Of a stretch of DNA of 64,000 nt, positions 50,056-59,330 are shown piece after piece (position 1 is the stretch's first letter; every line of letters starts with the position of its first letter). The notes below the pieces were generated by a model. That model searched no databases. It saw only the letters and a list, made by a program, of their open reading frames with translations, and was not told where the DNA came from. The DNA comes from Candidatus Poribacteria bacterium (GTDB lineage: Bacteria > Poribacteria > WGA-4E > WGA-3G): the NCBI GenBank assembly GCA_965197475.1, contig CBDANF010000003.1:224001-288000 (forward strand). The letters run 5' to 3'. A program made the position numbers and the translations under genes.

Positions 50056-53000
50056 TTAGTGCTTGGTCAGAGGAATATGTGAAAAGTCTTCAAGTCCGAT
50101 AAGCTGCAAACCACCGTTTTCAGTGCCGACATAAAGTATGCCATTTGCAACAGCGATCGATGTAGCAGCGTCTGGAATTTCCGGCGTAATCCGTTCCCAA
50201 GTACTATCTGCCCTTGTCAATCGATAGACGCCACCCTGAGCATTTTTTGAAGAACTCACAGCATACAAAGCCGGACCGTCCAGAGCAAAACGGTCGAATA
50301 TGAGCTGCTGTCCATCTGAATCGGTGATGATGTTCCAGTTAGCACCATCGTTTGATTGCAAAGCACCTTTGTCGGTTGCCACATAAACGGCTTCGTCAGT
50401 GATAAGTATCTGCTTGAAAGAATCAACAGGAATCGGTAGCGATACGGTTTTCCAATTGCGCCCTCTATCAACAGAGTAAAGGAAAACACCATCGGGCTTG
50501 CCAACGTAGACAGTATCCCCAGAAACACCCAACTTGAAACTATTAAAAGAGGTAAGGTCGGCGAAGTCGCGAGTATCTTCGATCTTGGTATCGGACCAAC
50601 CTGTCCCGTTGTTCACTTGAGATGAAGAGTCCCATATCAGAAGTTTCCGTCCGTGCTCAACATAGAATGTGTTCACACTGACAGCAAATGTCCCCAAGAT
50701 ATTTGCTCCCATGCTAAGGAACTTTCCTTGCAAATTACTGGCATTTTCCCCATTACCCTCCTTCTTCCTATCATCCTCCACAGATGTCTGTACTGCCTCC
50801 ATAAATGCTGCTATGAGATCCGTTCTACCAAGGGCAGGAACACCTTGGATCGGGATAAGTGTCTCACTCTGTTCGTCTAAACGGAAAAAGTTTAGTTGGA
50901 GTGCTATGAGTCCTTTTGCATAAAGGATTCCATCTGCTTCTGTTATTTGTTGTATTCTTGCTATTTGTTGTATTCTTGCCTTGGACAGCGGTAGCTTGCG
51001 GTTATAAAAAGTCATATTCGTATCATCTGAATTCACAGGAATTGCTTTCCATGACTGTCCACCGTCGGTTGATGTAACAAGTTGGTTATCTGCTACTGCG
51101 TAGAGTTTATTATTAAAGACAGTTAGATTTTGTATTTTGCCTCCCAATCCGGTGTTAAATCGTTTCCACGAGTCCCCGCTATCGGTTGAACGTCGAATTC
51201 CGTTGTGATCCCCTACGTAAAATTGATATTTGCCGTTTTTAGATTGCTGTTGATGAGAGGATTCACCGCTACTTTTTACTTTCAAAGCAGCAAAAGCACC
51301 TTGACTTGGAAAACTTCCCGAAGGCACCGCATTACCAATAGGTATCCAAGTTTTTCCCTCATCAGTTGACCGTAAAGTGTCGTGTCCAATTAACATAACC
51401 GTTTTTCCTGCAGCAGCAATCATAAGATTTGCAGCTTTCTGATTTTTTTCAAAAGCGTTTTTTGGTGTTATGTCTGTCCACGAATCGCCTCGATCTGTTG
51501 ATCTAAAAACTGCCCATAAAGGTTGTTTACTTAGTGCTGTCTTTACTGCTTCCATTAAAGTTGTATCGGTCATAATTTTTAGGCGTCCTGTGACAACATA
51601 CAGGCGATGTTCTGAAACTGCGAATGCGTGAATGGATTTAGATTCCGCTACCGGTAATTGTTCCCATACACCTGATCTATCAAGACCATTTTCCGAACTC
51701 GGTTCCAGATTGAAGCGGAAGAGCCCTTGATCGGTACCAGCAAACAGTGTGTTTTCGTTGGATGCTACCGCATAGATTTTTCTGCTTGCCAAACCGTTGT
51801 TTAGAGGTGTCCAAGAGACCCCGGCATCATCAGAGAAAAACATCCCTTGTAGTAGTCCGAGATAGAACTCAATAAAGCCTTGTGCCTTATCCTTTACTAC
51901 CAAACCAATTGGCTGTCCTTTCGGATGGGTGCAGAGAGATTTCCATGTTTTACCTCTGTCTTCCGATGTGAGTACTGCCTCATCAGTTACAATATAAAGA
52001 ATGTCATTGTGCTCTACTATCGGAGTTGTGGTCTCCGAAGTAGGGAGGCTATTGTTAATTAAGTGCCATCTTTCACTATTATCTCCCATTCGATAAAGTC
52101 CTATTGAAGTCATGGCATAAAGGTCGTTTGTTTTAGTGGCAAATAGTGTGGATACTTTCGCCGCTTCAGGACTGTCAAGTTGAGTCCACCGTTCCGTTGA
52201 GAGTGGCACCTCTGTTTCAATTGTTTGGAAAACATCGGTAAGATTTACCTTTTCGGTCATATCCGTTTTCTCGCCAGTGCCTTGACTTTTACTGGGAATA
52301 TCAGTGTTCCCGAGTTGATTACGTTGATCAGGTTTTATTTTCCGGATAACACTAACAGGCGTATCAACGATTTCAACCGTTAACATTGATTCGGCATTGA
52401 AGTCGTACGGTTGGAAAAAGAGGGAAAGATGTTGGACTCCAATTCCTATCAATAAAAAGACTAAAATGGCAGAGGCAGCAGAAACCACCCACGGCAAAAA
52501 AGGCTTGCTGCTTGAAGGAACAATGGGATTAATGCGTGAGATTTCCTTCATTATGTTCTCTGTCAATTGTGTTGGAAGTTGGAAGCTGCTGAGGTTTTCC
52601 TGAATTATCGCTTCTTCTTTCCTTAAACGGTTGCGGGCGCGGTTGAGTCGGCTTTTAACCGTATTCGGAGACACACCGAGCATCTTACTAATCGTCTCAC
52701 ATGTCATTTCTCCGAGATAATGGAGCATCATGACCGTACGTTCACTCTCAGGAAGCTTTTGGAGCAGTTTCTGGACTACTTCCCGCAGGGCTTCAGTCGA
52801 TTCAGAGTCTCGTTTTTCTGCCATATATTGTGAATGTGACACTTGAGCGATCTCCATTTTGTCAGTAGTTTCTAAAGATTGGATCGGAAGCTTCTTCTTT
52901 CGGTGCCATTCAGTGCATAAGTGAGACGCAATAACATATACCCATCCCGCAAATAAGTTGTGGTCTTTCAAAGTTCTGAGTCTTTCATAAGCTCTGAGAA

Positions 53001-53157
53001 AGGCATCCTGCGTAATTTCTTGTGCAATATGAAAATCTCCGATTTTCCGCCATGCAAGTGCGTGAATGCCCTTTTGGTATTTTTCAACAAGGGTAGTAAA
53101 TGCCGTTTGATCACCGTCCAATGTACGCTGAATCAGCTCAGTATCATTATTTTGCAT
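50056..53157 (-). CDS. ECF sigma factor-TM-BNR/Asp-box beta-propeller fusion
   Basis: Sigma regions 2 and 4, a TM helix, then repeated SxDxGxxW Asp-boxes. Confidence 0.9.
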   Translation of the reverse strand: MQNNDTELIQRTLDGDQTAFTTLVEKYQKGIHALAWRKIGDFHIAQEITQDAFLRAYERLRTLKDHNLFAGWVYVIASHLCTEWHRKKKLPIQSLETTDKMEIAQVSHSQYMAEKRDSESTEALREVVQKLLQKLPESERTVMMLHYLGEMTCETISKMLGVSPNTVKSRLNRARNRLRKEEAIIQENLSSFQLPTQLTENIMKEISRINPIVPSSSKPFLPWVVSAASAILVFLLIGIGVQHLSLFFQPYDFNAESMLTVEIVDTPVSVIRKIKPDQRNQLGNTDIPSKSQGTGEKTDMTEKVNLTDVFQTIETEVPLSTERWTQLDSPEAAKVSTLFATKTNDLYAMTSIGLYRMGDNSERWHLINNSLPTSETTTPIVEHNDILYIVTDEAVLTSEDRGKTWKSLCTHPKGQPIGLVVKDKAQGFIEFYLGLLQGMFFSDDAGVSWTPLNNGLASRKIYAVASNENTLFAGTDQGLFRFNLEPSSENGLDRSGVWEQLPVAESKSIHAFAVSEHRLYVVTGRLKIMTDTTLMEAVKTALSKQPLWAVFRSTDRGDSWTDITPKNAFEKNQKAANLMIAAAGKTVMLIGHDTLRSTDEGKTWIPIGNAVPSGSFPSQGAFAALKVKSSGESSHQQQSKNGKYQFYVGDHNGIRRSTDSGDSWKRFNTGLGGKIQNLTVFNNKLYAVADNQLVTSTDGGQSWKAIPVNSDDTNMTFYNRKLPLSKARIQQIARIQQITEADGILYAKGLIALQLNFFRLDEQSETLIPIQGVPALGRTDLIAAFMEAVQTSVEDDRKKEGNGENASNLQGKFLSMGANILGTFAVSVNTFYVEHGRKLLIWDSSSQVNNGTGWSDTKIEDTRDFADLTSFNSFKLGVSGDTVYVGKPDGVFLYSVDRGRNWKTVSLPIPVDSFKQILITDEAVYVATDKGALQSNDGANWNIITDSDGQQLIFDRFALDGPALYAVSSSKNAQGGVYRLTRADSTWERITPEIPDAATSIAVANGILYVGTENGGLQLIGLEDFSHIPLTKH

Positions 53158-53306
53158 AAAAGTGCTCCGGAGTGGTACCACTACTTAATATAAGTGACGA
53201 GTTTTAAATAAAAAAAGGTTGCATTATTTTTATGTGTTTTACAGAAAAACGAAAATTGGGGTATCAAAGAATAATATCTGACTTATGAGGTAGCTTGGAG
53301 GAACTA

Positions 53307-53397
53307 ATACCAAATTAACTTGATCCCACTCGGTAGGCGCGCTTTGTAAGCGCGCAGTCTGCCCAGAAAAACAAGACTAATCCCGTTAATTTGGTAT
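53307..53397 (-). mobile_element. 91-bp MITE-like element, copy 3 (inverted)
   Basis: Same 13-bp TIRs and a GTAGGCGCGCTT..AAGCGCGC hairpin. Confidence 0.85.
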
Positions 53398-53500
53398 TAG
53401 CTGTTCTACGATTTGTACCCAAGTATGCTGTTTAGACGTTAAAATTACAGAGCAAGTTTTACCTTCAAAATTCGCAAAGAAAAATAGATGGAGTTTAAAA

Positions 53501-55435
53501 ATGCAATTGAAAACTCTCGTACTTATCAGTATTGTAGTGATTGTGTTAGGAAATGTTGTAGTTACGGAGGGGTCTTCTGGAATAGACCATCGCGATATCT
53601 TTGTTGGAGCGAGTGCGCGAGCGGTCGGTATGGGGAGTGCTTTCACCGCCGGTCCCTCAGCAAATAACGGGTTTTTGTGGAATCCCTCTTCGCTTGGATT
53701 TATGAACGGTTTGGAAGTAAACATGGGTGGGATTCCGTTTTCAGGTGAACCATCAGGACCGGATCAGGCACTTTCGTTAGCAGTGAGTCCTAACGCGCTT
53801 GGTTTAACCGATAAAAATGTGGGGAATCTGTCTGTAGCGTCTTGGTTTAACGGTTGGAACAATAATAACAGTGAGTCTACGCAGATAGTGCTTTTAGGGT
53901 ATGGCTTAGCATTAGGCGAACACGCATCAGCAGGTGCGAACTTACGCTACTATCAGAACAATACGTCAATCAGGACGAATTATCTCTTGAGTTTGGATAT
54001 CGGGATGCAATTTGCCTATCCGTTAGAAAAGTTAGGTGATTCGGTCACGGTAGGCATGAACCTGTCGGAGTTGAGCAATGGTATCCGGGAAAATGGCGCG
54101 CTTATTAAAAGTTTACCGTTAGCTGCACGTTTCGGGACGACGTATCGTCCGGACAGTGCGACTTTGTTATCAGCAGATATTGCTATCCGTGGACAAAATG
54201 ACGCGAGTTGGGGAGAACGGCTCCGCTTACACTTCGGTGCAGAACGTTGGTTGTTTAATAAACATTTTGGGATCCGCGTAGGATACACGGCACTAACCGA
54301 TGCGGAAAAATTCAGTGCCGGTCAATGGACACAAGGGATTAGTTTTCAGAACTCAGCTGGACAATTAGATTACGCTCATGTCAGAGGCGGTGAGTTAGAC
54401 CAAAGCTTACATTGGATTTCTGCAACGTTAAGGTGGGGTGGAAGAAAGAAGAATTCCACTCCTACGACAACGTCTCCCACTCCTATCACGGAGGCAAAAC
54501 CTAAAGAAACCCCTGAAACGGACGCAATACCGCGAATCCTGATGCCGAAAACACTTGATGCGGATGTAGAAGTTGATGTGCCTGCAGAAGAATTGCAACT
54601 CTCCGAAACTGCAATTTCACCTAATAGTGACGGCGTTGCGGATACTACAACATTCCGATTTAAGGTTGGAACGAATGATAAGTGGCGATTAACGCTCCGT
54701 GATGCGTATACCGAACAGGTTTGGGAAAAAACTGGAACAGGTTCACCATCGGAAGGTGTTGCGTGGAACGGAGTGGGAAGTGCTGGTGAATTGGTGCCTG
54801 ATGGGGACTACGTGGCGCAGCTACACATTTTTGATGCACAAGGGACACCCCATCTCAGAAGCAGCAAAAAGGTCACGATTGACCTAATTCCAGCGACGTT
54901 AGAAATCTCTAAGAAAGCACTGGGAACCGTCGGTGTGAAAACGTGGGACATCAACTCTATTGCTAATTGGAAACTTGAGATTTTTGATGCAAGTAATAAA
55001 TTAGTTGAAAAGAGCGAAGGTAAAGGTTCGCCACCAGAGGCGGTCATTTTAACTAAAGTGCCACAGTTGCCAGAAACAACTTATAGGTTCGCATTGAGTG
55101 TTCAAGATATAGCCGGTAATAAGAGCGTTCAGCAAACACAGTTGCAATTCGGCAGTGGAACTACTGACAACGGAACGCAGGCGGTAAATGAAAAACCTAA
55201 GTTAACGTTGATGGTTGGCTCGTTTGCTGAGCGGAGGAATGCCAATATGTTGTCAGAAAATCTACAACATTTATACCCGAATGAAAAGGTGAAGATATAC
55301 ACTGTGACAATTAATGAGAGAACAATGCATCGGGTAACAATAGGGGAATTCGCTGTGCGATCAGATGCATCGGGACTCAAGCAGCAAATTCAGGATTCCC
55401 AAGGCGTTGAGCCTGTCCTGATTACGCCTCAATAG
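53501..55435 (+). CDS. PorV/PorQ-like beta-barrel fused to FlgD-like Ig and SPOR domains
   Basis: GASARAVGMGSAF...WNPSSL N-terminus, alternating beta strands, ISPNSDG..D...WNG...VPDGDY, and VGSF...NA...HRVTIG. Confidence 0.75.
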   Translation: MQLKTLVLISIVVIVLGNVVVTEGSSGIDHRDIFVGASARAVGMGSAFTAGPSANNGFLWNPSSLGFMNGLEVNMGGIPFSGEPSGPDQALSLAVSPNALGLTDKNVGNLSVASWFNGWNNNNSESTQIVLLGYGLALGEHASAGANLRYYQNNTSIRTNYLLSLDIGMQFAYPLEKLGDSVTVGMNLSELSNGIRENGALIKSLPLAARFGTTYRPDSATLLSADIAIRGQNDASWGERLRLHFGAERWLFNKHFGIRVGYTALTDAEKFSAGQWTQGISFQNSAGQLDYAHVRGGELDQSLHWISATLRWGGRKKNSTPTTTSPTPITEAKPKETPETDAIPRILMPKTLDADVEVDVPAEELQLSETAISPNSDGVADTTTFRFKVGTNDKWRLTLRDAYTEQVWEKTGTGSPSEGVAWNGVGSAGELVPDGDYVAQLHIFDAQGTPHLRSSKKVTIDLIPATLEISKKALGTVGVKTWDINSIANWKLEIFDASNKLVEKSEGKGSPPEAVILTKVPQLPETTYRFALSVQDIAGNKSVQQTQLQFGSGTTDNGTQAVNEKPKLTLMVGSFAERRNANMLSENLQHLYPNEKVKIYTVTINERTMHRVTIGEFAVRSDASGLKQQIQDSQGVEPVLITPQ

Positions 55436-55453
55436 CTGGTTTAGGAAAATTGC

Positions 55454-56293
55454 CTATATCCTATAGAATTCTAAAGCATTCTGGTAAAAGAATAGGTTTT
55501 TCTCTGCATCAGATGCGTCGTCAATAGTTGAGAGCAGGGCTTCTAACCACTCCTGATATTCGGCAGCTAAGGTGCAGACGGGCCAATCACTACCGAACAT
55601 AAGTCGGTCAAAGCCGAATATTTGGACGAGATGTCGGATGTAAGGTTTTAGTTCTTCAGATGTCCAGTTTTCGCTGGCAGTAGTTACGATACCTGATACT
55701 TTACAATGAACATTATCAAGGGCGGCGAGTTCGCGCATGTGGGTTGCCCACGGCTCAAATTCACCGTCTTTTATATTTGGACCGCCGCAGTGGTTAACAG
55801 CATGCATGATGTCGGGAGTGGCTTTAACTAATTCGATGGCGGCAGGAAGTTGGTCACGTTTAGCGCAAAGTTCAAAGGACAGATTATATTTCGCCAATAA
55901 TTTCACGCCATTGATCAGTTCGGGACTGGCATAGAAATGATTGTCCGGTAGATGCCATGCCATTCGACGGATACCCACAACGAGGTCAAACGCTGCGAGT
56001 TGTTCAAGGATAGATTCCGCGTTCGGCTTTTCGAGTGGTGCAGCAGCAGCAATTGCACCTATCATTCCATCTGTTTCTGCGATGTGGGTTAGCCATTCTA
56101 CTTCTTGGACGACGTGTGTTTCGGCAGGATCGCCTTCAACGTGAACCGATTTGACGACGTTAATATCACCAACAGCGTCACGATAATCATGAGGCGTATA
56201 TTGCTGACGAAGTAGATCAAATCCATCTAACCATGGGTATTCTAAATTGGAGGTATCCCAAAGGTGTTGGTGGGTGTCAATGATTTTAAGCAT
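55454..56293 (-). CDS. Amidohydrolase_2 family (sugar-lactonase-like)
   Basis: IDTHQHLW, CKVSG and RLMFGSDWPV. Confidence 0.88.
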   Translation of the reverse strand: MLKIIDTHQHLWDTSNLEYPWLDGFDLLRQQYTPHDYRDAVGDINVVKSVHVEGDPAETHVVQEVEWLTHIAETDGMIGAIAAAAPLEKPNAESILEQLAAFDLVVGIRRMAWHLPDNHFYASPELINGVKLLAKYNLSFELCAKRDQLPAAIELVKATPDIMHAVNHCGGPNIKDGEFEPWATHMRELAALDNVHCKVSGIVTTASENWTSEELKPYIRHLVQIFGFDRLMFGSDWPVCTLAAEYQEWLEALLSTIDDASDAEKNLFFYQNALEFYRI

Positions 56294-56471
56294 GTGTGCC
56301 CTCAATTTTTCAAGAACGTGTATTTACTGTGGGTATTATACCATACAAAATAAGATTGTCAAAGAAAGTCGTAGAAACAGAACAGTCCAACCTTCCAAAA
56401 CAAAAGATTGTAAAATCTGCGGTTTTATGTTACTATGGTACGTAGAAAAATTCAACTATTGAAGGCTATAG

Positions 56472-57260
56472 ATGGTTGCCAACCGCAATTCTTTTCCTGC
56501 CTATTTTGCCCTATTTAAACTGACGCTCCGTCAACTATTTTGGAGTCGGCGAGGACTGCTGATTCTGATTGGGTGCGTGTTGCTGCTTGCCATCGCGATC
56601 GTGTTTCGGTTTAACGCACGAGGCACGGGCAGTGTCAACAGGTTTATTCCTTACATTACGTTTATAGGTTACGGGTTTTTGACGAATTTGTGTGCGATAT
56701 TTTACGGTTCCGCAATCGTCTCAGATGAAATTGATGGAAGAGGTTTGACATATCTCCAGATGCGGCCACTACAGAAATCGTTAATACTACTTACCAAATT
56801 CGCAGCTTACATGATAGGAACTGTTGTCCTCATTAGTCTATCTCACTTACTTCTAACCGGCATTATAGAGACACATCCGAAACTAAGGGATCGTGCGTTG
56901 GTGTTAGTTATGAGTTTTCGGTATACAGGTTCACTGTCGTTATCATTGTTAGCCTACGGAGCCTTCGCGGTACTTTTATCTGTTCGGTTTAAGCATCCGG
57001 TGCTATGGGGGTTGTTCATATTTGGTTGGGAGCGGATTACGACATTTCCTCCGATGCCGATGGGCATCAAGCGGATTGGTTTGTCACATTATCTTATAAC
57101 ACTGTTTCCAAATTTCAAATTACAGCGGAACATGCTTGATGATTTCATAGGTGAAACACCTCCCTCAGCGTGGGTGGCGGTGTTAGTGGTCTGCTTGCTA
57201 ACGGTAGGAGCAATATGGTTAGCTATTCGGATTTTTCAGGAGCGGGAGTATTTGATGTAG
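56472..57260 (+). CDS. ABC-2 type permease
   Basis: Six TMs and the SDEIDGRGLTYLQMRP motif. Confidence 0.8.
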   Translation: MVANRNSFPAYFALFKLTLRQLFWSRRGLLILIGCVLLLAIAIVFRFNARGTGSVNRFIPYITFIGYGFLTNLCAIFYGSAIVSDEIDGRGLTYLQMRPLQKSLILLTKFAAYMIGTVVLISLSHLLLTGIIETHPKLRDRALVLVMSFRYTGSLSLSLLAYGAFAVLLSVRFKHPVLWGLFIFGWERITTFPPMPMGIKRIGLSHYLITLFPNFKLQRNMLDDFIGETPPSAWVAVLVVCLLTVGAIWLAIRIFQEREYLM

Positions 57261-57295
57261 AAACTCCGTGCCGAAATGAGTAAAACGTTAAAAAT

Positions 57296-58492
57296 TTAAG
57301 CAGAAAGCACCCGTGCAGTTTCACGTGATACGATAAGTTCCTCATTTGTGGAAACAACAAGAATCTTAGCACGACTGTTATCCGCAGATAGGTCGGCTTC
57401 TCCAGTTGATTTCTCATTTTTTTCAGCATCTAAATGGATACCGCACCATTCAAATCCTTCGCAGATTTTAGCGCGTGTCGTTGCGCTTTTCTCCCCGATA
57501 CCACCCGCAAAGGCGATGACATCAACCCCACCAAGTGCTGCTATATAAGCACCGATATACTTCTTCACACCGTAAACATAGGTCTCTAAGGCTAATCGCG
57601 CATTGTCGTTGCCAGCATCTATTGCTGTCTCCACATCACGCATATCACCGCTGGTGCCAGAGATACCTTTAACTCCCGATTCCTCAATCAATTGGCGGCG
57701 GATCTCGTCGGTAGAAAACCCCTCCTTGTCCATCAGATATAGTACAGCAAATGCATCCAAATCTCCGCAACGTGTGGATTGTATCATGCCGTATTGCGTT
57801 GATGCGCCCATTGAGGTATCAATAGACTTCCCGTCTTTGATGGCACAGATAGAGGAACTCCCGCCAAGGTGGCAGGAGATAATCCGAATCCCTTCTCCGG
57901 TTTTGTGACCGAGCATTTGCGGTACGCGTTCCGAAATGTAGCGGTGTGATGCACCGTGAAATCCGTATTTCCGAATGCCGTGTTTTTCTACCCAGAAACG
58001 TGGCACGCCGAATTCGTAGGCGTAATCCGGGATAGTTTGATGAAACCATGTCTCAAAAACAGCAACGAGCGGTGTTGTCGGGAGGAGTTCTTGAAAGGCA
58101 CGGATAGAAGCAATATAGGCAGGGTTGTGCATCGGTGCAAGCGGTGTAGATGCCTCCAGAGCTGCAATAACTTCTTCCGTAATTCGTGCTGAACGCCAGT
58201 ATCCTTTGGCGAGAATGGTTTTGAATCCGACTCCGTCCAATTGGTTGAGGTCTGTAAGACAACCGACTTTGGAATCGGTGATGAGTTGCATGGCGTGTGC
58301 AATCGCATCAATGTGTGATGGCGCATCAATTTCCCCTTCGCGGGACGGTTTTCCCGGTACTGCGTGTGTGAAGGCAGATGGCGAATTGCCGATACGTTCT
58401 ATACCTCCCTTGACAAGGGAGGCGGTTGTTTCCATATCAATGATTTGGTATTTGAACGAGGTGCTTCCTACGTTCACACAGAGTATACACAT
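57296..58492 (-). CDS. ackA: Acetate kinase
   Basis: NVGSTSFK, APMHNP, YGFHGASH, CHLGGSSS, TRCGD and AGGIGE. Confidence 0.93.
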   Translation of the reverse strand: MCILCVNVGSTSFKYQIIDMETTASLVKGGIERIGNSPSAFTHAVPGKPSREGEIDAPSHIDAIAHAMQLITDSKVGCLTDLNQLDGVGFKTILAKGYWRSARITEEVIAALEASTPLAPMHNPAYIASIRAFQELLPTTPLVAVFETWFHQTIPDYAYEFGVPRFWVEKHGIRKYGFHGASHRYISERVPQMLGHKTGEGIRIISCHLGGSSSICAIKDGKSIDTSMGASTQYGMIQSTRCGDLDAFAVLYLMDKEGFSTDEIRRQLIEESGVKGISGTSGDMRDVETAIDAGNDNARLALETYVYGVKKYIGAYIAALGGVDVIAFAGGIGEKSATTRAKICEGFEWCGIHLDAEKNEKSTGEADLSADNSRAKILVVSTNEELIVSRETARVLSA

Positions 58493-58544
58493 GATGATCT
58501 TTCGTCTCTTTGAAGTGAATAGAATAGGCAAGTGAACGGCGGTG

Positions 58545-59303
58545 TTATATGCTAACCCCGCTATAAGCATACGGTAAGGCATCCCAAGTTCTGTTTTCTA
58601 AAAGTCTGCCATTCTGTTTTTTATTTAGACCACCCCACTGTTTAAAAAAGAAAGGGACTGAGGCTTCTTGACATTGGTCACGAATATCAATTATCCATTT
58701 TTCTTCAATAGGTCGCGCCCCGGGCCCGGATTCCCCACCGACAATAACCCAATCTATATGTGTTAAATTAAGGTTTTTGAGTTCACCTATAAGTGGTTCA
58801 AGAGACAAAAATTTGATTTTTGCAGCTGTTTTTCGCAAATCATCAATGCGAAATATATAGTCTTGATTTTCAACACTGACACCCATCCACACATTCTCAG
58901 GCCATTGTATCTCGGAACTGAGTTTAACCAAACGTTTTGATCGCTTTGTGAGTACTTGGAAATGATGTTGCTTAGCTTTACGCATTGTGTCAAAAACCTT
59001 TAGAATAAAATCCAATGGAACGTCATCATGGAATAAATCGCTCATAGAATTAACAAAAATCAACTGTGGTTTTTTCCATTTCAATGGCATATCAAGTAAT
59101 TCTGGAACAGGTTCTACCTTATTTGACCATCTTGGACCTGCTTTCGTCATTTTTGCAAATCCTTCATAAGCAAACCCCTTTTTTGAAAACCTTGCAGCGA
59201 TTCGTTCGGCATAACAAAACTTACACCCTTCAGAAACACGAGTACAACCTCTTACAGGATTCCAAGTTGATTGTGTCCACTCAATATTGGATTTAGTTGC
59301 CAT
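58545..59303 (-). CDS. DUF5131 / phage Gp37Gp68 three-Cys-motif protein
   Basis: IEWT..TWNP..GCTRVSEGCKFCYA, FVNSMSDLFH, LTKR, GGESG and FFFKQWGG. Confidence 0.92.
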   Translation of the reverse strand: MATKSNIEWTQSTWNPVRGCTRVSEGCKFCYAERIAARFSKKGFAYEGFAKMTKAGPRWSNKVEPVPELLDMPLKWKKPQLIFVNSMSDLFHDDVPLDFILKVFDTMRKAKQHHFQVLTKRSKRLVKLSSEIQWPENVWMGVSVENQDYIFRIDDLRKTAAKIKFLSLEPLIGELKNLNLTHIDWVIVGGESGPGARPIEEKWIIDIRDQCQEASVPFFFKQWGGLNKKQNGRLLENRTWDALPYAYSGVSI

Positions 59304-59330
59304 TTTGAGGTGCCTCCTTAGGTAGCAACA

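Noticed and set aside
50944-50979. 18-bp tandem duplication (ARIQQI x2)
   Set aside because: In-frame local slippage with no evident functional consequence.
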